Below are positions 15,194-29,220 of a stretch of DNA of 64,000 nt, piece after piece. Numbering within the stretch: position 1 is the first letter of the stretch; each line of letters opens with the position of its first letter. A program made the position numbers and the translations under genes. The DNA comes from the human T2T-CHM13v2.0 reference genome, Homo sapiens: the NCBI RefSeq assembly GCF_009914755.1, contig NC_060937.1. The stretch is one strand, 5' to 3'. The notes under the pieces are model-generated. The model was not told the DNA's origin and made no database searches. It worked only from the letters and a program-made list of their open reading frames with translations.

Positions 15194-16808
15194 TGATAAC
15201 ACATTTTCATTGTTTCCAGGAGTGTTAGGTCCCCTTCTGTTTCTCTTCTCCAGGATCTCTCATGTTGTTATTTATTAGCCTTCATCTATTCTCATTCTAC
15301 ATGCTGTAACAAGAAGGCCATATTCACCCTAAGGTTCTCCTGTTATCTGTGAGCCATAGTCTGATCATCCCCTCAAAAATATCTCCAGCAGAAAATTCAC
15401 ATTCAAATTCTAGGTTTTTATTTACAAAAATGAAATCAGAAGTTAGAACCATCTCTAAAGTCCAAAATATAATTCATTATTGTTTCCTTCCATCATGTTC
15501 TTTATCTGTTTTTTCCTACTAGTCAGTGACACATATTATCCGTCATCTCTCAATCCAACTGCATTCTTCAGTCTCCCCAAAGCTATGAGGTGAAATTACA
15601 GAGTTGGTATTCAAAAAATGTGTTAAGAAAAATGTGTAGATAAACAAAGTGATGGTATTGTGAATTAATTTTGTTCACCAACCTTAGTAATACTTACCCA
15701 TACAGCTAAATTGTCAAAAATAATTTTAAAACTTTATTTACATGAATGTTTACATGTGGTTTATAATTGTTTACTTTTAAAAATCTAAATGTTTATTGAA
15801 CTTAAAAAGGCATCAAATAGGCAAATATGCTTTAAAATTATTAGCAATTTTTGTGTAAAAAGTAATACAGTCACTTATATTGTCACCTATACTTTCCATT
15901 TTCAGGGCAGCCTGAATTCTAAAGATCCTTGCCAAGTACCAATTACATTTTCGATTGCCTTTAGCTAATCATAATTTAGTCTTCTATTAGGAAGTCTATT
16001 TAAGACTATTTAATTCATTAGTATGTGCTTAATAGGGTTTAGTGCTTGGTTAATTCTGCATTTTACTTTGTGGTTTTCTACCTTTGTTTAACTAAGTCTC
16101 TGTAATCGTTTTGTTCCATTTCTAATAACATCAGATGGGTAACTGTACAAAGGGTATGTTTAGAGTGTGAAGCTAATATATTAACTTTAGCACCTAATTC
16201 TCACTAATGATTAACTGACAATGAAATTTCTTAAGCAATTTAGTAATCCTCAATGGGCAAAACAACAGTTTATTTGAGTGAAGAAGGTGGAAAAAAACCC
16301 TTCCTTCTCCTCATCTTGAATTTCTTACTATAGAAAGAGACTCACTACAACATAAAACTTCACCAATAAAGCCTAAAGAGCTTTACCTTTCCTATTCAAG
16401 GGGAATGTGCATAAATATTACACACAAATTTCTTAATAAAATACATTTTACCCAAAAGATATTACATTCTAGGGATACACTTCATCTGAAAGCTACCCTA
16501 TTCTCTTAATAAGTGAGTGGCTTTTAAACACAAATTTTCCTCTTCTAAACTTTACCAACTCTGCCACCATAACCAAGAGATAAGAGATTAAATAAGGAAA
16601 AAATATGGAAATTAGAGCATAGAACTCTAGGGAGACATTGTATAAAAAGGAAAGTACATGTCCTTAAAACCATTATTGATAAAGATCTTGTACTTTGAGG
16701 AACAACTTGGAGTAAATTTATCGAGGAACACATTGCTCTAATAAATAAATATTACAACAAGGAAGTAATTATTTACTTTTTCTGGGGATTGACTCACAAA
16801 CAATGAAC

Positions 16809-17140
16809 TTTATTTATTTATTTATGTTTAAATTTAGATTCAGGGAGTACATATGCAGGTTTTGTTACATGGATACATTGCATGATGCTGAGGTTGGGCA
16901 CCTAATGATACCATTGCCCAAGTAGTGAATACAGTACCTGATAGGTAATTTTTTAACCCTTTCCCCTTCCTCTTGCTCTCCCTTTTTGGAATCCCCAACG
17001 TTTATTGTTCCCATCTTTGTGTCCATCTGTACCCAATGTTTAGCTCTCACTTATACCTGAAACATGCAGTATTTGCTTTTCTGCTTCTGCCTTAATTCAT
17101 TTAGGATAATGGCCTCTAGCTACATCCACGTTATGGCAAA
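16809..17140 (-). mobile_element. L1 3' end (L1PA13-16/L1PB age) with degraded poly(A); non-inverted part of a 5'-inverted insertion
   Basis: T-rich start, then tacatatgcagg...ttgttacatgg...tttagctctcacttata...ggataatggcctctagc, the antisense of an L1 3'UTR. Confidence 0.92.
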
Positions 17141-17375
17141 AGCACTTTGGAGATTTTTCAAAGAGCTAAAAATAAATTACTACTGGTTATATGCACAAAG
17201 GAAAATAAATCATTCTACCAAAAAGACACCTGTACTCATATGTTTATCACATCACTATTCACAGTAGCAAAGACATGGAATCAACACAGGAATCCATCAA
17301 TTATGGATTAAAGAAAATGTGATTTATATACACCATAAAATAATACACAACAATAAAAAGGAACAAAATCTTTTG
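17138..17375 (+). mobile_element. L1 ORF2 3' fragment; inverted 5' part of the same insertion
   Basis: aaagcactttggagattt...ctattcacagtagcaaagacatggaatcaac...aaaaggaacaaaatcttttg ends where the minus piece begins in L1 coordinates. Confidence 0.88.
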
Positions 17376-19469
17376 AAATAACCCTTTAAATGTCCTTTTG
17401 AAATAATCATTTAAATGCATAGTGTTGAACATAAAGAGGAAAGGAAAGGAAATTCAGGATATAATGAAAGGAAATTAATGATATAATGATTATAAAGGAA
17501 ATTAATGAATTAATGATACATAAAGAGGAAAGGAAAGGAAATTAATGCTTTTTCAGACAAAAGCAGATCAACAGAAATTTTTCCTTAGGCACCCATGGCT
17601 AGGAGTTTTATCTTTCTTAGTGAGCAAGAATTAGAGCTAGCATACCCATAGTGTAAAATGTGCTTAAGCATCTATATAGTCATTTTATATGCTATTATTA
17701 CAGTGTGGTTCATGTCTTTTTAAATAATTTTATGTTTTTCTTATAAATTCAACATTTTTGTTCTCCAAATCGGAAAATCAGATAAATAATACATACTTGT
17801 TGAAAGCTGGCTCCCTGAAAAAAAAAAAAACACAAACAACCTGTTAATCACACAAAGCTAGATACACACTATCTCAGCAAGGGAGAACACTACCAAAACA
17901 GTTGTAGTAGCCTCTCGGAAAGAGAAGAACAAAGTCAGGGTATCAGTAAGGCTTGGAATCTGATTTAAGGCAGGTCTTTCATTAAGTGTGGGAGGCATGG
18001 GATGGGGAGAGAAATGGGCTTGATTAGGTTTAAAGATTATAATATACTGGTTTAAGATTGGTGGATATGGCAGGGCTTGCAATTTGAGATGAAGGAGCTT
18101 CAAATACTTTGGGGGTAAACAATTGGTTCATGTTATATTTTTGAGAGTTTAATAGCTTGATTTTTATTTAAATTGTTTTCACTATACTAATAAAGTTACT
18201 TTTTATCTTCCTAGGCAAAGTTTTCAGGATGTCAAAAGATTTAAAGAAATTAGATCCACTTATTTACATGGAAATAGTATTGCAATAAGCATAAAATTCA
18301 AGATGTAAGTTAATACTTTAAAGATAATTTTGCTAACAGACAATATATTGACGGGAAATGTGAGTTAACAACAAAATTGAAAGAGAGGGAATGATAAAAT
18401 AGTAAGTTATGGTGGAAATGGCTGTTAAAAGAAAAAAGTATAAAGTCAGTTTCAGAAGGTAGTGTTCAACAGCAAAAAGAGAAAATATGAAGAGCAAAAA
18501 GCTATTATTATATATTATATTTTGCCACAAAACCCAGGACAACCCAAATCCAATAAAATAATACTGATTCAAATAAGTTCAAATGGAAGGAAAAATATTA
18601 AAGTATATTTAAAATAAAAGGTCAGTGGAAAGAATCTGAACATCACAGCAAACTAAGTGCATGTATCTTTTATGCCTTCTGCATAAATTCCCTTGAAAAG
18701 AAAAAAGATGCTTTAAAATGTATAAATCTATAATAATGCTGGGCAGCAAGAAATAGTACCAGAAGTGTAAGAAAAATATTGAACAATTCTTAACAAGAGA
18801 AAGCAGACAGGACTGGATTGACAATCAGGCAAGACTAAGAAAAGTCTCATGAAGATATGGTGTTGGGGAGAGCTGCTGTGGAGGTGGGAGTATTGTGAGA
18901 TGTGTCCAAGCATCGTAATCAGAAGGGTTCTTCAGGGCTCTATGAGGCTTATTTGAGAAAATATCTTTAGGGATGCAGGGAAAACCAGCATCTCTCTTCT
19001 TGTGCTATTCTGCTAAACTGAGTGCAACCATCACACTGGCACACAAGCTAAGGCAGCCAGTCCTGGAGCCCTAAAGCCACCCAGTCCTGGAGCCCTAAAG
19101 GCAGGGCTATGCAGCAGGTCATCGATGGTCAAGAGTGAAGAACCCTCTTCCAGGAGGACACCTCTCAGGAGATAAACCATGCCACTTCTGACAGCATATA
19201 TCACTCCTCTGCCCAAATCACCAAAGGTAATATTGTGAAAGAAGAACCGGCAAATACAAATAGGTTAATTGATATCTAAACAAATGAATAAATAATTAAT
19301 AACAAGCATGAAACATGAAATAAAACATATTTAAAAGGTGTTCAGTTGAACAAAAACAAAAAACAAACAAAAGAAAAAACCACAAAAGAATCAACACCAA
19401 AGCAGTAGAACTAATAAAGCAAACTGAAAAAGACTGTAAGATAAGTAAAATTAATATTCTAGGAGAGAC

Positions 19470-19610
19470 TGTGGTGACTAAGGCAGGAGGACTACTTAAG
19501 CTCAGGAATTCTAGGCTGAAGAAAGTTTTGATTACACCACTGCACTCCAGCCTGGAAGACAAAGCAGGACCCCATTTCTAAAAATAAATAAATTAATTAA
19601 TTCAAAAAAA
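19470..19610 (+). mobile_element. Alu monomer or right-arm fragment (FRAM/AluJ-like)
   Basis: aggcaggaggactacttaagctcagg...caccactgcactccagcctgg followed by an A-rich tail. Confidence 0.85.
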
Positions 19611-19808
19611 AATTAGGAGAGATTAAAGGAATTATCACATGCACAAGCTATTACAAAATTAATCAGTTAAAGGTCATGAAAAGTAAATGTATAGGTTTTG
19701 GGGATGAGGAGAAGCTACCTGTGATTAATTTAATGGAAAATAGAAATAGCTAAGGAAGAAAGTTGTATTACTATTAAACAAGCTGAAAAATCATAATTAG
19801 AAGGATAG

Positions 19809-20560
<752 letters not shown>

Positions 20561-21984
20561 CCCATCTAAGAGAAGTGAAAGAAGTTATCAATAGAAAGAA
20601 GTTGAAGAAGATAATTAGATGAAAAAAATAAAAAAACAGAGAAGAAGATATATGAGCCTTTTAATTGAATGGGCACCAAAACCATTCCATAAAGAAAATT
20701 AATAAAACCTAAACATAATGTGATGGAAACTCTGAACGTCACAGATAAAGGAACAAGGATCTTATTGGGAAGACTCTAACTTCTCATTCAGCAATAATTA
20801 ATGCTAGAAGAAAGAGAGACTATTTTAAACCTCTAGTGGAATATGAGCATAGAGTTATATTACTAGCCAAATTTTCATGATTAAGAGAGAATAAAAGGAT
20901 TGTTTTAATACACAAAGCCTCAGAATGACTGCTTTCCATAAACTATGAAAGAAGATCTTAAGTATACACTCCAACTTTGTAAAAATGGATTTCAATACAA
21001 ATAAAGACATGAATTTAAAAAAATTAGTGTACCAAGAAATTATTAAATGTGTTATCAAAACAATTATTAATTCTTCTAAAAATGAGAATTTATCATTGGT
21101 ATTCAGAATATGCTCAATCTGAAAGGGAAAGTGATATAAAAGTAAAATAAGTGGAAATTTGCTACTTTTTTTGTTCTTTGGGAAAATCTTATCTAGTCAT
21201 TGATAGGAAAACAAATAAAATAAATTAAATTATTAGATTCTAAAAGATTGTGAGATATATATATCCTTCTTGATATAACAAAACAACTACAATAAAAAGT
21301 TAATAAAATATAAAAAGTCAGGAAAGAAAAATCAATACAGAAATATGAATAATAAAGAGTAAAAGTAAGATTTGTTGGAATCAACAGTGATTATAATAAA
21401 TTCGATAAATCTCCATCCTCCAAGATAGTAAACATCGAGTTGGAAAAAAAATTTGGACACAAGCTAAAATTCACCTGAAGTTAAAAGGGAGAGTAATCAG
21501 GTGGGAAAAGAGACTTATTTGGTAAATTCAGCAAAGTCAATCATGTCTGAAAATATTAAACACATGAGAAATAAAACTCAAAGAAATGCAATAAATCAAA
21601 ATAAAATGAATAGCTATTTTCAAATTAAGTTAGAAATATTCCAGAGACTAAATGAATCGTGAGTGGTTTATATCAAGGTTCACCCACTCAATTACATAAC
21701 AAAATACTTTTTAATTAAGTAGATAATAACATAAATTATGCAGGAAGGATAAACATGGGTAAAAATGGTGGGCATGACAATCATTGTAAAACGCCATAAA
21801 AACAATACAAAATGATTAGTTGATTCATATCTAGCTTATTGGAAACCAGTGCATAAATAACATCTGAATTATGCAAACAACAAAGTTACAAAATACATGA
21901 AGCAAAAACTAATAAAACTCAAGGAAAACTGAAATATCCAGAATGCTAGCTGGGGATTAGTGTAATATTCTGGTAACTGTGCAA

Positions 21985-22640
21985 AGGAAAGTATATCAAG
22001 AAGAAGAATGTGCTCAACTATGTCAAATGCTACTGATGGTTCAAGTAAGGTGAAAACTGGGAATTCACCATGGAAATAGTTACAGGAAGGTCATGGGAAC
22101 CCTCACAAAAGCTATTAAATTGTGGAGAAAAAAGCCCCAGTTGGAGTGAGTTCAAGAGAAAAGTGTAAGTAGAATTAAATTAGTATAGAAAACTTTTCCA
22201 AGGAGTTTTGTAAATAGAAGTAAAGTAAAGTGGTGCTATCCAGAGGAGAACTGACATTAACAGACCCCTGAGGGGACAAATAATAAGAATAGGATTATGA
22301 GTAAATAAAATAGTATCTTTTAGTTTGTTTCTTGATTTTTAATAGACATATAATTTTAAAAATTGTTAAGACATAGTGTGTCTTGTTTCTGCTTTTGCTT
22401 ATTAAAATAATTAGAGAAATAGGTTGTTTGTATACTGATGCAAATAATGATGTGAGAGGGATTTGACAATAATTAACACACAAAATCAAGTTGCCAGAGC
22501 AATGATTTTTTTTAAAGCAACTTTTTTTTTCAATTATTTTAAGTAGGTGAGGAAGGATAGAATGTGCTGCACAAGTGGATGTGTTGCTGGTAAAAACACA
22601 GGGTTTAATAATTGTAATAGAGGGAAAGTGAGGGCACTTC
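21985..22640 (-). mobile_element. L2 fragment
   Basis: caactatgtcaaatgctactgatggttcaagtaagg...ggtcatgggaaccctcacaaaagc...aaacttttccaaggagttttg is typical antisense L2. Confidence 0.7.
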
Positions 22641-22649
22641 ATCACAAAA

Positions 22650-22976
22650 AGAAGCCTACAGAAGTCCTAGAGCTGAAGAATTTGATGAATGAAATAAAAC
22701 TACAAGTAAGGGCTTCAATAACAGACAAGACCAAGAAAAAAAGGAATTTCTGAACTTGAAGACAGATCTTTTGAAATAACACACGCAGACAAGAAGAGAA
22801 AATAATAAAAAAGAATGAAGAAGCCTACAGGATTTATGGATTTATGGGACACCATTAAGTGTACAAATATTCATATTATGGGCATCCCAGAAAGAGAAAA
22901 GACAGGAAAAGATGCAGAAAATGTATTTAATGAAACAATAGCTGAAAACTTCCCAAGTTTTTGTAGAGAGAGAAAC
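22650..22976 (+). mobile_element. L1M ORF1 fragment
   Basis: Translation includes DLWDTIKCTNIHIMGIPEREK...ETIAENFPS, an L1 ORF1p motif. Confidence 0.85.
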
Positions 22977-23600
22977 CTTTCTTCTTTTTTGATATTTTTC
23001 TTCTTTTTTAGTGTATGCATTTACAGCTATAAACTTTTCTCTTTATACTTCTTCCACTGCATCCCATAAGTTTATGTTGCATTTTCATTTTCATTTTCAT
23101 TTGTCACAATGCATTATCTAATTTTCCTCGTAATTTTTCTTTGACCCATTGGTTGTTTCAGAGTGTCCCTAATTTTCAACATATTTGTAGATTTTCAGGT
23201 TTTCCTCACACTATTGATTTCTAGTTTTATTCCATTGTTATTATAACATACACTTTGCATGATTTCAATCTTCTCAAATATGTAAAGACTTGTTTTTGGT
23301 CTAACATGTATTCTATCATAGGGAATGTTCCAGGTGCTCTTCAGGAGAATATATTGTCTGCAGTTTTGGGGTAGAGTGTTCTGTGTATGTCTGTTAGATT
23401 CATCTGGTCTATGGTGTTGTTCAGGTCCTCTACTACTTGATTGATCTCATGATTGGAAGTGATCTATTGAAGTATCCTACAATTATCGGGCTGCTATTTT
23501 TTCCTTCAGTTCTGTCAAATTTTTCTTCAAATACAATGTTAAAATTTTTGTTAAATGGTATTTTAACCTATATATAAATGGTATTTCTGCATTTGGGGTT
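22977..23600 (-). mobile_element. L1M ORF2 fragment (antisense)
   Basis: gcatttacagctataaacttttctct...ctgcatcccataagttt...aagacttgtttttggtctaacatg...gtgttctgtgtatgtctgttag. Confidence 0.8.
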
Positions 23601-23624
23601 ATGATAGTTTTTTTATCATAATGA

Positions 23625-24526
23625 TGAAGCAGGATATTTTCCTGACTTCTTTATGGGACTTGTGACATGAGTGCCCCATTTATTCAGCTTACCACTCTCA
23701 ACTCCTTGCAGGAGGGAGTTTGCGAGTCGACAAGGCAGAAACTGGAGTACACGAGTGCTGGAACCAGCTGGCTGCTTTGGCACTGGCAGGAGCGAACTCC
23801 ATGCACTCTGACCTGCTATGTTCCACCCCTCATGGGAGGGAGCATGCAGGTGAGTGAGTGCAGGAGCCCGGGCAAGCACTTTTAGGCACCAGCAGGAGCA
23901 AACTTGGTGCAGGTCCCATGGCAATATCTAGAGGAGGTGCATGTGACTTCTGAAGCCCCAGTAGGCATGTTACAGTGCTCTTTTAGCTCTGCCATCCACA
24001 GACAGCTTAAGTGTTAATGGCTTAGTGGGCCCTTTTGTATCCACACTTGCTCCTGAGCTCTTGTCTGGCATCCAGGAAAAATGAAGTTGCAGGAAAAAAT
24101 TAAAGGATGGTAAATGTGGGGAATTTTATTGCTTGTGAAAGTGGCTCTCAGTGGGAAGAGGAGCTGAAAGAAGATGATGGGAGTGGGGAGGTGTGCAGTT
24201 AATCTTATTCTGAAGTCCAGCCATCTCTGGCTGGATTCTTCTCAGGAGTTATGCCGTCAAGCTGTCCCTCTGAAGTCAAGCCACTTCTCTCCAATGTCCA
24301 GCTTGTTCTTCCTCTCTGCCAGCTGAGTCTGGAGTCTTTATAGGCACAGGATGGAGTTGGGCAGGGCCATGGATGGCTTAGGAAAAGGCAACATTCAAGT
24401 GGGGAAAAGGGATATAAGTTCTCACTTTGGGCCGTGGTCTCAGGATTTCCAGCTTGAGGGTGGGGCTTCGCCAGGGACCCTACCTTTTTTTTTTGGATAG
24501 AATTTCTCTGCCTCCTGTCACTATTA
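23625..24526 (-). mobile_element. ERV1 solo LTR, LTR28/LTR1/LTR27 group
   Basis: Reverse complement starts taatagtgacaggaggcagagaaattc...accacggcccaaagtgagaacttatatccc and ends cctgcttca; 4-bp TSD atga/ataa. Confidence 0.85.
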
Positions 24527-27500
24527 ATAAGATATCATGAATAAGAATACTTAAGATAGTAAAAAGACTTATAGACTGTTTTGGAGGCTAATTAAAATAA
24601 CATTATTAATGGTTTCATAGGTTGCAAGGATAAATTATAGAGAAAATATTTTGTGCATTCATCATGCATAATTCATGTGAGAACCTGTTTACCCTAGCTC
24701 CATGGTTCCCTCTGCAGTAACTCTTCTAGGATAACACTCTAGGCCTCTTGCCCTATCCTTATACACATGTGTTCCATGGGATAGGAGTGATTTATCTGAC
24801 TGTTGAATTTGGAAAAGTGGGCTTTGGGGGTTAGTCCTTCTCCCTACTTCCTTTTACAAATGAATGTATCCACCCCCTGGAGCAAATATTCTTTTTCTGC
24901 ATGCCGTAATTTTTACAAGGTAGGTACCAACAAGGTAAGATACCAGAAGTACTTCAGTCCTTTCTAATTTTGGACAACGCAACTTGAGTTCATGGAGCTT
25001 TATGAAGAACTCCTTCATATAGAAGAACTGGAATTTGAACCCACTCGTGTGGCCTTACAGCTTGGCATCTTAGCCATTAGGCTACACAGCATCTGTGTTT
25101 GTGTCAGGAAGTTGTAAGGAAGACCCTATATGATAATGTAACAAGGAAGAATTTTTCCCCCTTGTATTTAATGTTAAGAGTGTAAGAGGTCTCTGTGGTG
25201 TAATTCATTGTATTTTTTGTTTATTTTAGCTCTAATTTGTATGTAATTATGCTGTAACACTTCTTACCACACCAAGAGAGAAGTCTGTTCCACTAAACTT
25301 CATACTTCAAGTTGCAGGAAAATACTAATTGAATACACATAATAGGTCAATTTTAGAGAGTGGATAAAGAAAGATCAAGGATCAGAATGTAGCAGAGGAA
25401 GGGTTTGGAGTCAAACAGTCAAAGAAACCTTATCCATTACTCCTCAAGGTATTTAATCTATACAGAGCCATAAGTAAACTAGAAATCAATATGAAACAAG
25501 AGGAAAGGGTGTTTCAAGGGAAAGGAGACCACTGGAGAATAAAGACATGAAAGGTAAGTGAAAAGGTAAGAGAAAAAAAGGAAAAGAAAGCCAGTATTCA
25601 GAAGGAGGCATCGGATAACTAAAGGATATAGATTTTATGATGAGACCCAAAGAAATACGGCTTTTAAAAATTAATCAGAGAACAGGCAATCAATGACCCT
25701 GTTTTAACCCACCCCAGTTAAATAGCATACTGAAAGTGATTTGGCCATATTCAGAGAAGGAAAGATCAACCACACAGAGCTGATCCATATATCAAAAAGA
25801 AGTCAGAAAAAATAGAACAGTTTTATTAGTGAAGAGTATAGTATTTTGAATTTTCTAAGGAACTTGCCTCAACAATATTTTAAGTGAAATAAAAGTTATT
25901 TTGTTCTATATAACAAAAATGAGTATTTCATAATATTTTCAAGGTTGGAAAACTTTAAAGTAATGATTAGTTTGATACCATGAGAACCAAATTTTTTAAC
26001 ATTGATATGGATTTGGTTCATGAACTATGTTCTTCTCCAACTTGAGGGTGCAATTTGAACTAGCAAATTCCCACAGGTCAATAAGGAAAACAAATATCTA
26101 TGCCAGCAATAAAAACAACATTTCTCATTTTATGTTTACAGGGTTTTAACATCATAATGAAGTTTAGATCACACTTGCCCAAAATAAGTGATTATGATGC
26201 CAAAGCCCAGTGGCAAGGAAATAACCAAACAATATGCCTAAGTTGTTTTCTTATTCGACTGATTTTATAGAATGTGCTAGACCTGAAGATAAGCTCTGCT
26301 ACTTGCCTTCCTGAAAATATGCTACAGATTAAATATTTTCTTGTGAGATTTTAATGAAAGACTGGTTTTAATTATATTCACTTACTATGCAAATTAGGTT
26401 TGAATCAGCCCATTCATTAATATCCTATCTGGGATAGCAAAATAAATACACCACCTAAATTTTATTAAACATGCTTAGAGGTCTGAGGTATTACAGAATG
26501 TGAATCTTTAATTATGATACAAATTAACAGATAGTCTTATTGCTTGATATAATGGTTCTTGTTACCTGATGTAAATACTTGCAAATATTGCACATATGCA
26601 GGGTTTCTTTCTTTTGTTGACATTAACAAGAAAAATCTCTTTATAAAGTTCATTTTCATTTACAATTGTAGATTAGTCCTGAACGTTTTTCCTCATTACA
26701 TGCAAATCATTAATCACACAAAATGAATGCAGCATCACTTTCTGTTCTCCAGAATGATGGGCTTTGTGATGAATACGTATTATCATAAATCTTTCTAAAA
26801 GAGGTCCTAATAGCATCTGATAACTTGCAACATCAGTGAGTAAAATGTAAAGTACACTCTCTTCCACTAGCTTTTGTATCTGAAGCCATCATCATCAATT
26901 TTCACAAGGACAACTTAAAACACAAGTACGTAAATACAAAGATCCATATAACCAGTAATGCAAAACACATTTTCTCATTTTCTACCTTTTTTCTCATGAA
27001 CAAGATTTCCAATGCCCTTTGTTTCTCTGTTGTTCCCCTCCTGTTCTAATATCATTAGACCCTGATGCTCAATAATTAGTTCCTTATGCCTTGGTAAAAC
27101 AAATTTTCAGTATTTTTTTGTTCAGATACAGAGTATTTTCAAACATTAAATCAAAGAAAAGATGAAAAATAATTTATTTTGAACACTAAGATATTTTTAT
27201 CATTGTATGACATTTTAAGGGTTTTAAATGCACTTTTTGAACCTTCCACTGACCAATTTTGATGGGCTTAAATAGTAGGATTTAGGATATTTATGTATAC
27301 ACTCACCATGAAACAAGCCCAGTTTTCTCATACCACCTAAGCAGTCCTGCATGTGCTCATTGCCAGGGTGAACCTGGACTCAGCATCCTTGTGAGATTAT
27401 TCAAGAGAATACGATAAATATTCATAGGTCAAGACAGAAAAAACAGATATTTTTATAGACCCAAGAGCAAATAAAAACAACCTCATAAAAATGTATTATA

Positions 27501-27740
27501 TTCACGTTTATTAAGCTGCATGTTGGAGTCTTCTAAAATAAATTTCCTTTTACAAATTATCTAATTTTGACCTCTGCATTTAAAGTCAAAATATTTTTAT
27601 AAAAGGCACCATTTCCAGGAAACATTGAGATCATTTAAGGCATAATATGGAAGACACGTTCATATAAATGTCATCTATTGATTTTTGTTGTTGTGTTTCC
27701 AACTTGAGCTAATTACAGAATCACCATAAAAAGATAAAAG

Positions 27741-28050
27741 TGTCAGGCTCAGTGACTCACGCCTATAATCTTAGCTACTTGGAAGGCTGAGGTGGGAGGA
27801 TCGCTTGAGGCCAGGAGTTTGAGACCAGTCTGGGCAACAAAGTAAGACCCTTTCTCTAAAAGAATAAAAGATGGAGATAAAATTAGCCAAGTGTGGTGGT
27901 GTGTACCTGTAGTCTCTGCTACTCAGGAGGCTGAGGCAGGAGAATCACTTGAGTCCAGGTGTTCAAGGCTGCAGTGAGCCTTGATCTCAGCACTGTACTC
28001 CAGCCTGAGTGATGGAGTGAGATCCCATTTCTAGAAAAAAAAAAAAAAAA
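27741..28050 (+). mobile_element. Full-length AluJ
   Basis: ggaggatcgcttgaggccaggagtttgagacc and gttcaaggctgcagtgagc are J-type; poly(A) tail. Confidence 0.95.
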
Positions 28051-28194
28051 GACATAAAAACATCAGGTTCAAAAATTTTCTACAGTTGAGATACTTAGAG
28101 CAAAATAATTGCTGAGTCTTCTACTGGGGAAAAAATACAAATAGAAAGTTATTCAAAACTCTCAAGTGTTTCATAATTATTATAAAATAGTAAT

Positions 28195-28400
28195 AATTTT
28201 CTGAGTGCCTATAACTATGATCCTAGCACTATTTAAGCTCTGACTCCATTGACCTCTCCAAATCCAGATAATATGTGAGGTAGGCTTTGAAACCCCATTT
28301 TATAAATCAGCAAAATGAATCTCAGGGCTTATGTAGTCATGCTGTATTAAATAATTGGCCAAGGAAAAAATCAGAAATCAGCTTCGTCTGTCTTCAAACC
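28195..28400 (-). mobile_element. MIR fragment
   Basis: gtgaggtagg...ccccattttataaatcagcaaaatgaatctcagg matches the antisense MIR core. Confidence 0.6.
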
Positions 28401-29220
28401 CAGCTTCTTCCAACATATGCCTTTGTATTGCTTATCTTCATTTCTCCTTGTTTTAAATTTTAAGAGGTGGTTTTAGCTTTCTTCTACAAATAGACATGAA
28501 AGGTTAACTCAGATATATAGTAGATAAACAGCTTAGGAAGATCTACAGCTGACCAATTCATAAGGATCACATCACAGCGGATATTTTGTGTGTTTTATAT
28601 ACCATTATATAGAAATTGATGTTGAAAAAATTATACTACTGCTTTCAATGTCATCAATTTTTAATATACTAAAAATATGTAATAATAAGTAAAATTGATT
28701 TAAATGTATTGTATTACAATTAATTTTTATCTGCAATTTGTATCTTCAGTTGCATAAATTTGTATCTTCAATTGACCCTAAAGATTTTCCAAGGAACAAT
28801 GAATTACGGTAAGTATTGCTAGTATCATTTTCTTATCTATAATGAATATGTTAAATGTAATTTGAGATCTTTTAAAAATACATTATAAAACTATATATAA
28901 TATTATATGTGTGGATATGAGCATACATCATGATATATATGTGTGGATGTGTGTATATGTCATAGTGTATATGTGTGTGTATATATATATTTATACATAT
29001 ATGAGATAAATGTGAATTTTAGAAATTGTGAAAATCTATTGTGTGTCTTGTTCCGCAGCTCAACTCATCCTTCCAAACTCATTCATTAAGTACATGTGCT
29101 TACCATACATACAGATTTTAAAAACAGTTAAAATCAGTTATTGTTCTTAGATATATTATGAACAAGGTATATTCCTAATTTAGCTAAAAATGTTGCTATG
29201 TTATAAGATCAAATATTTTT

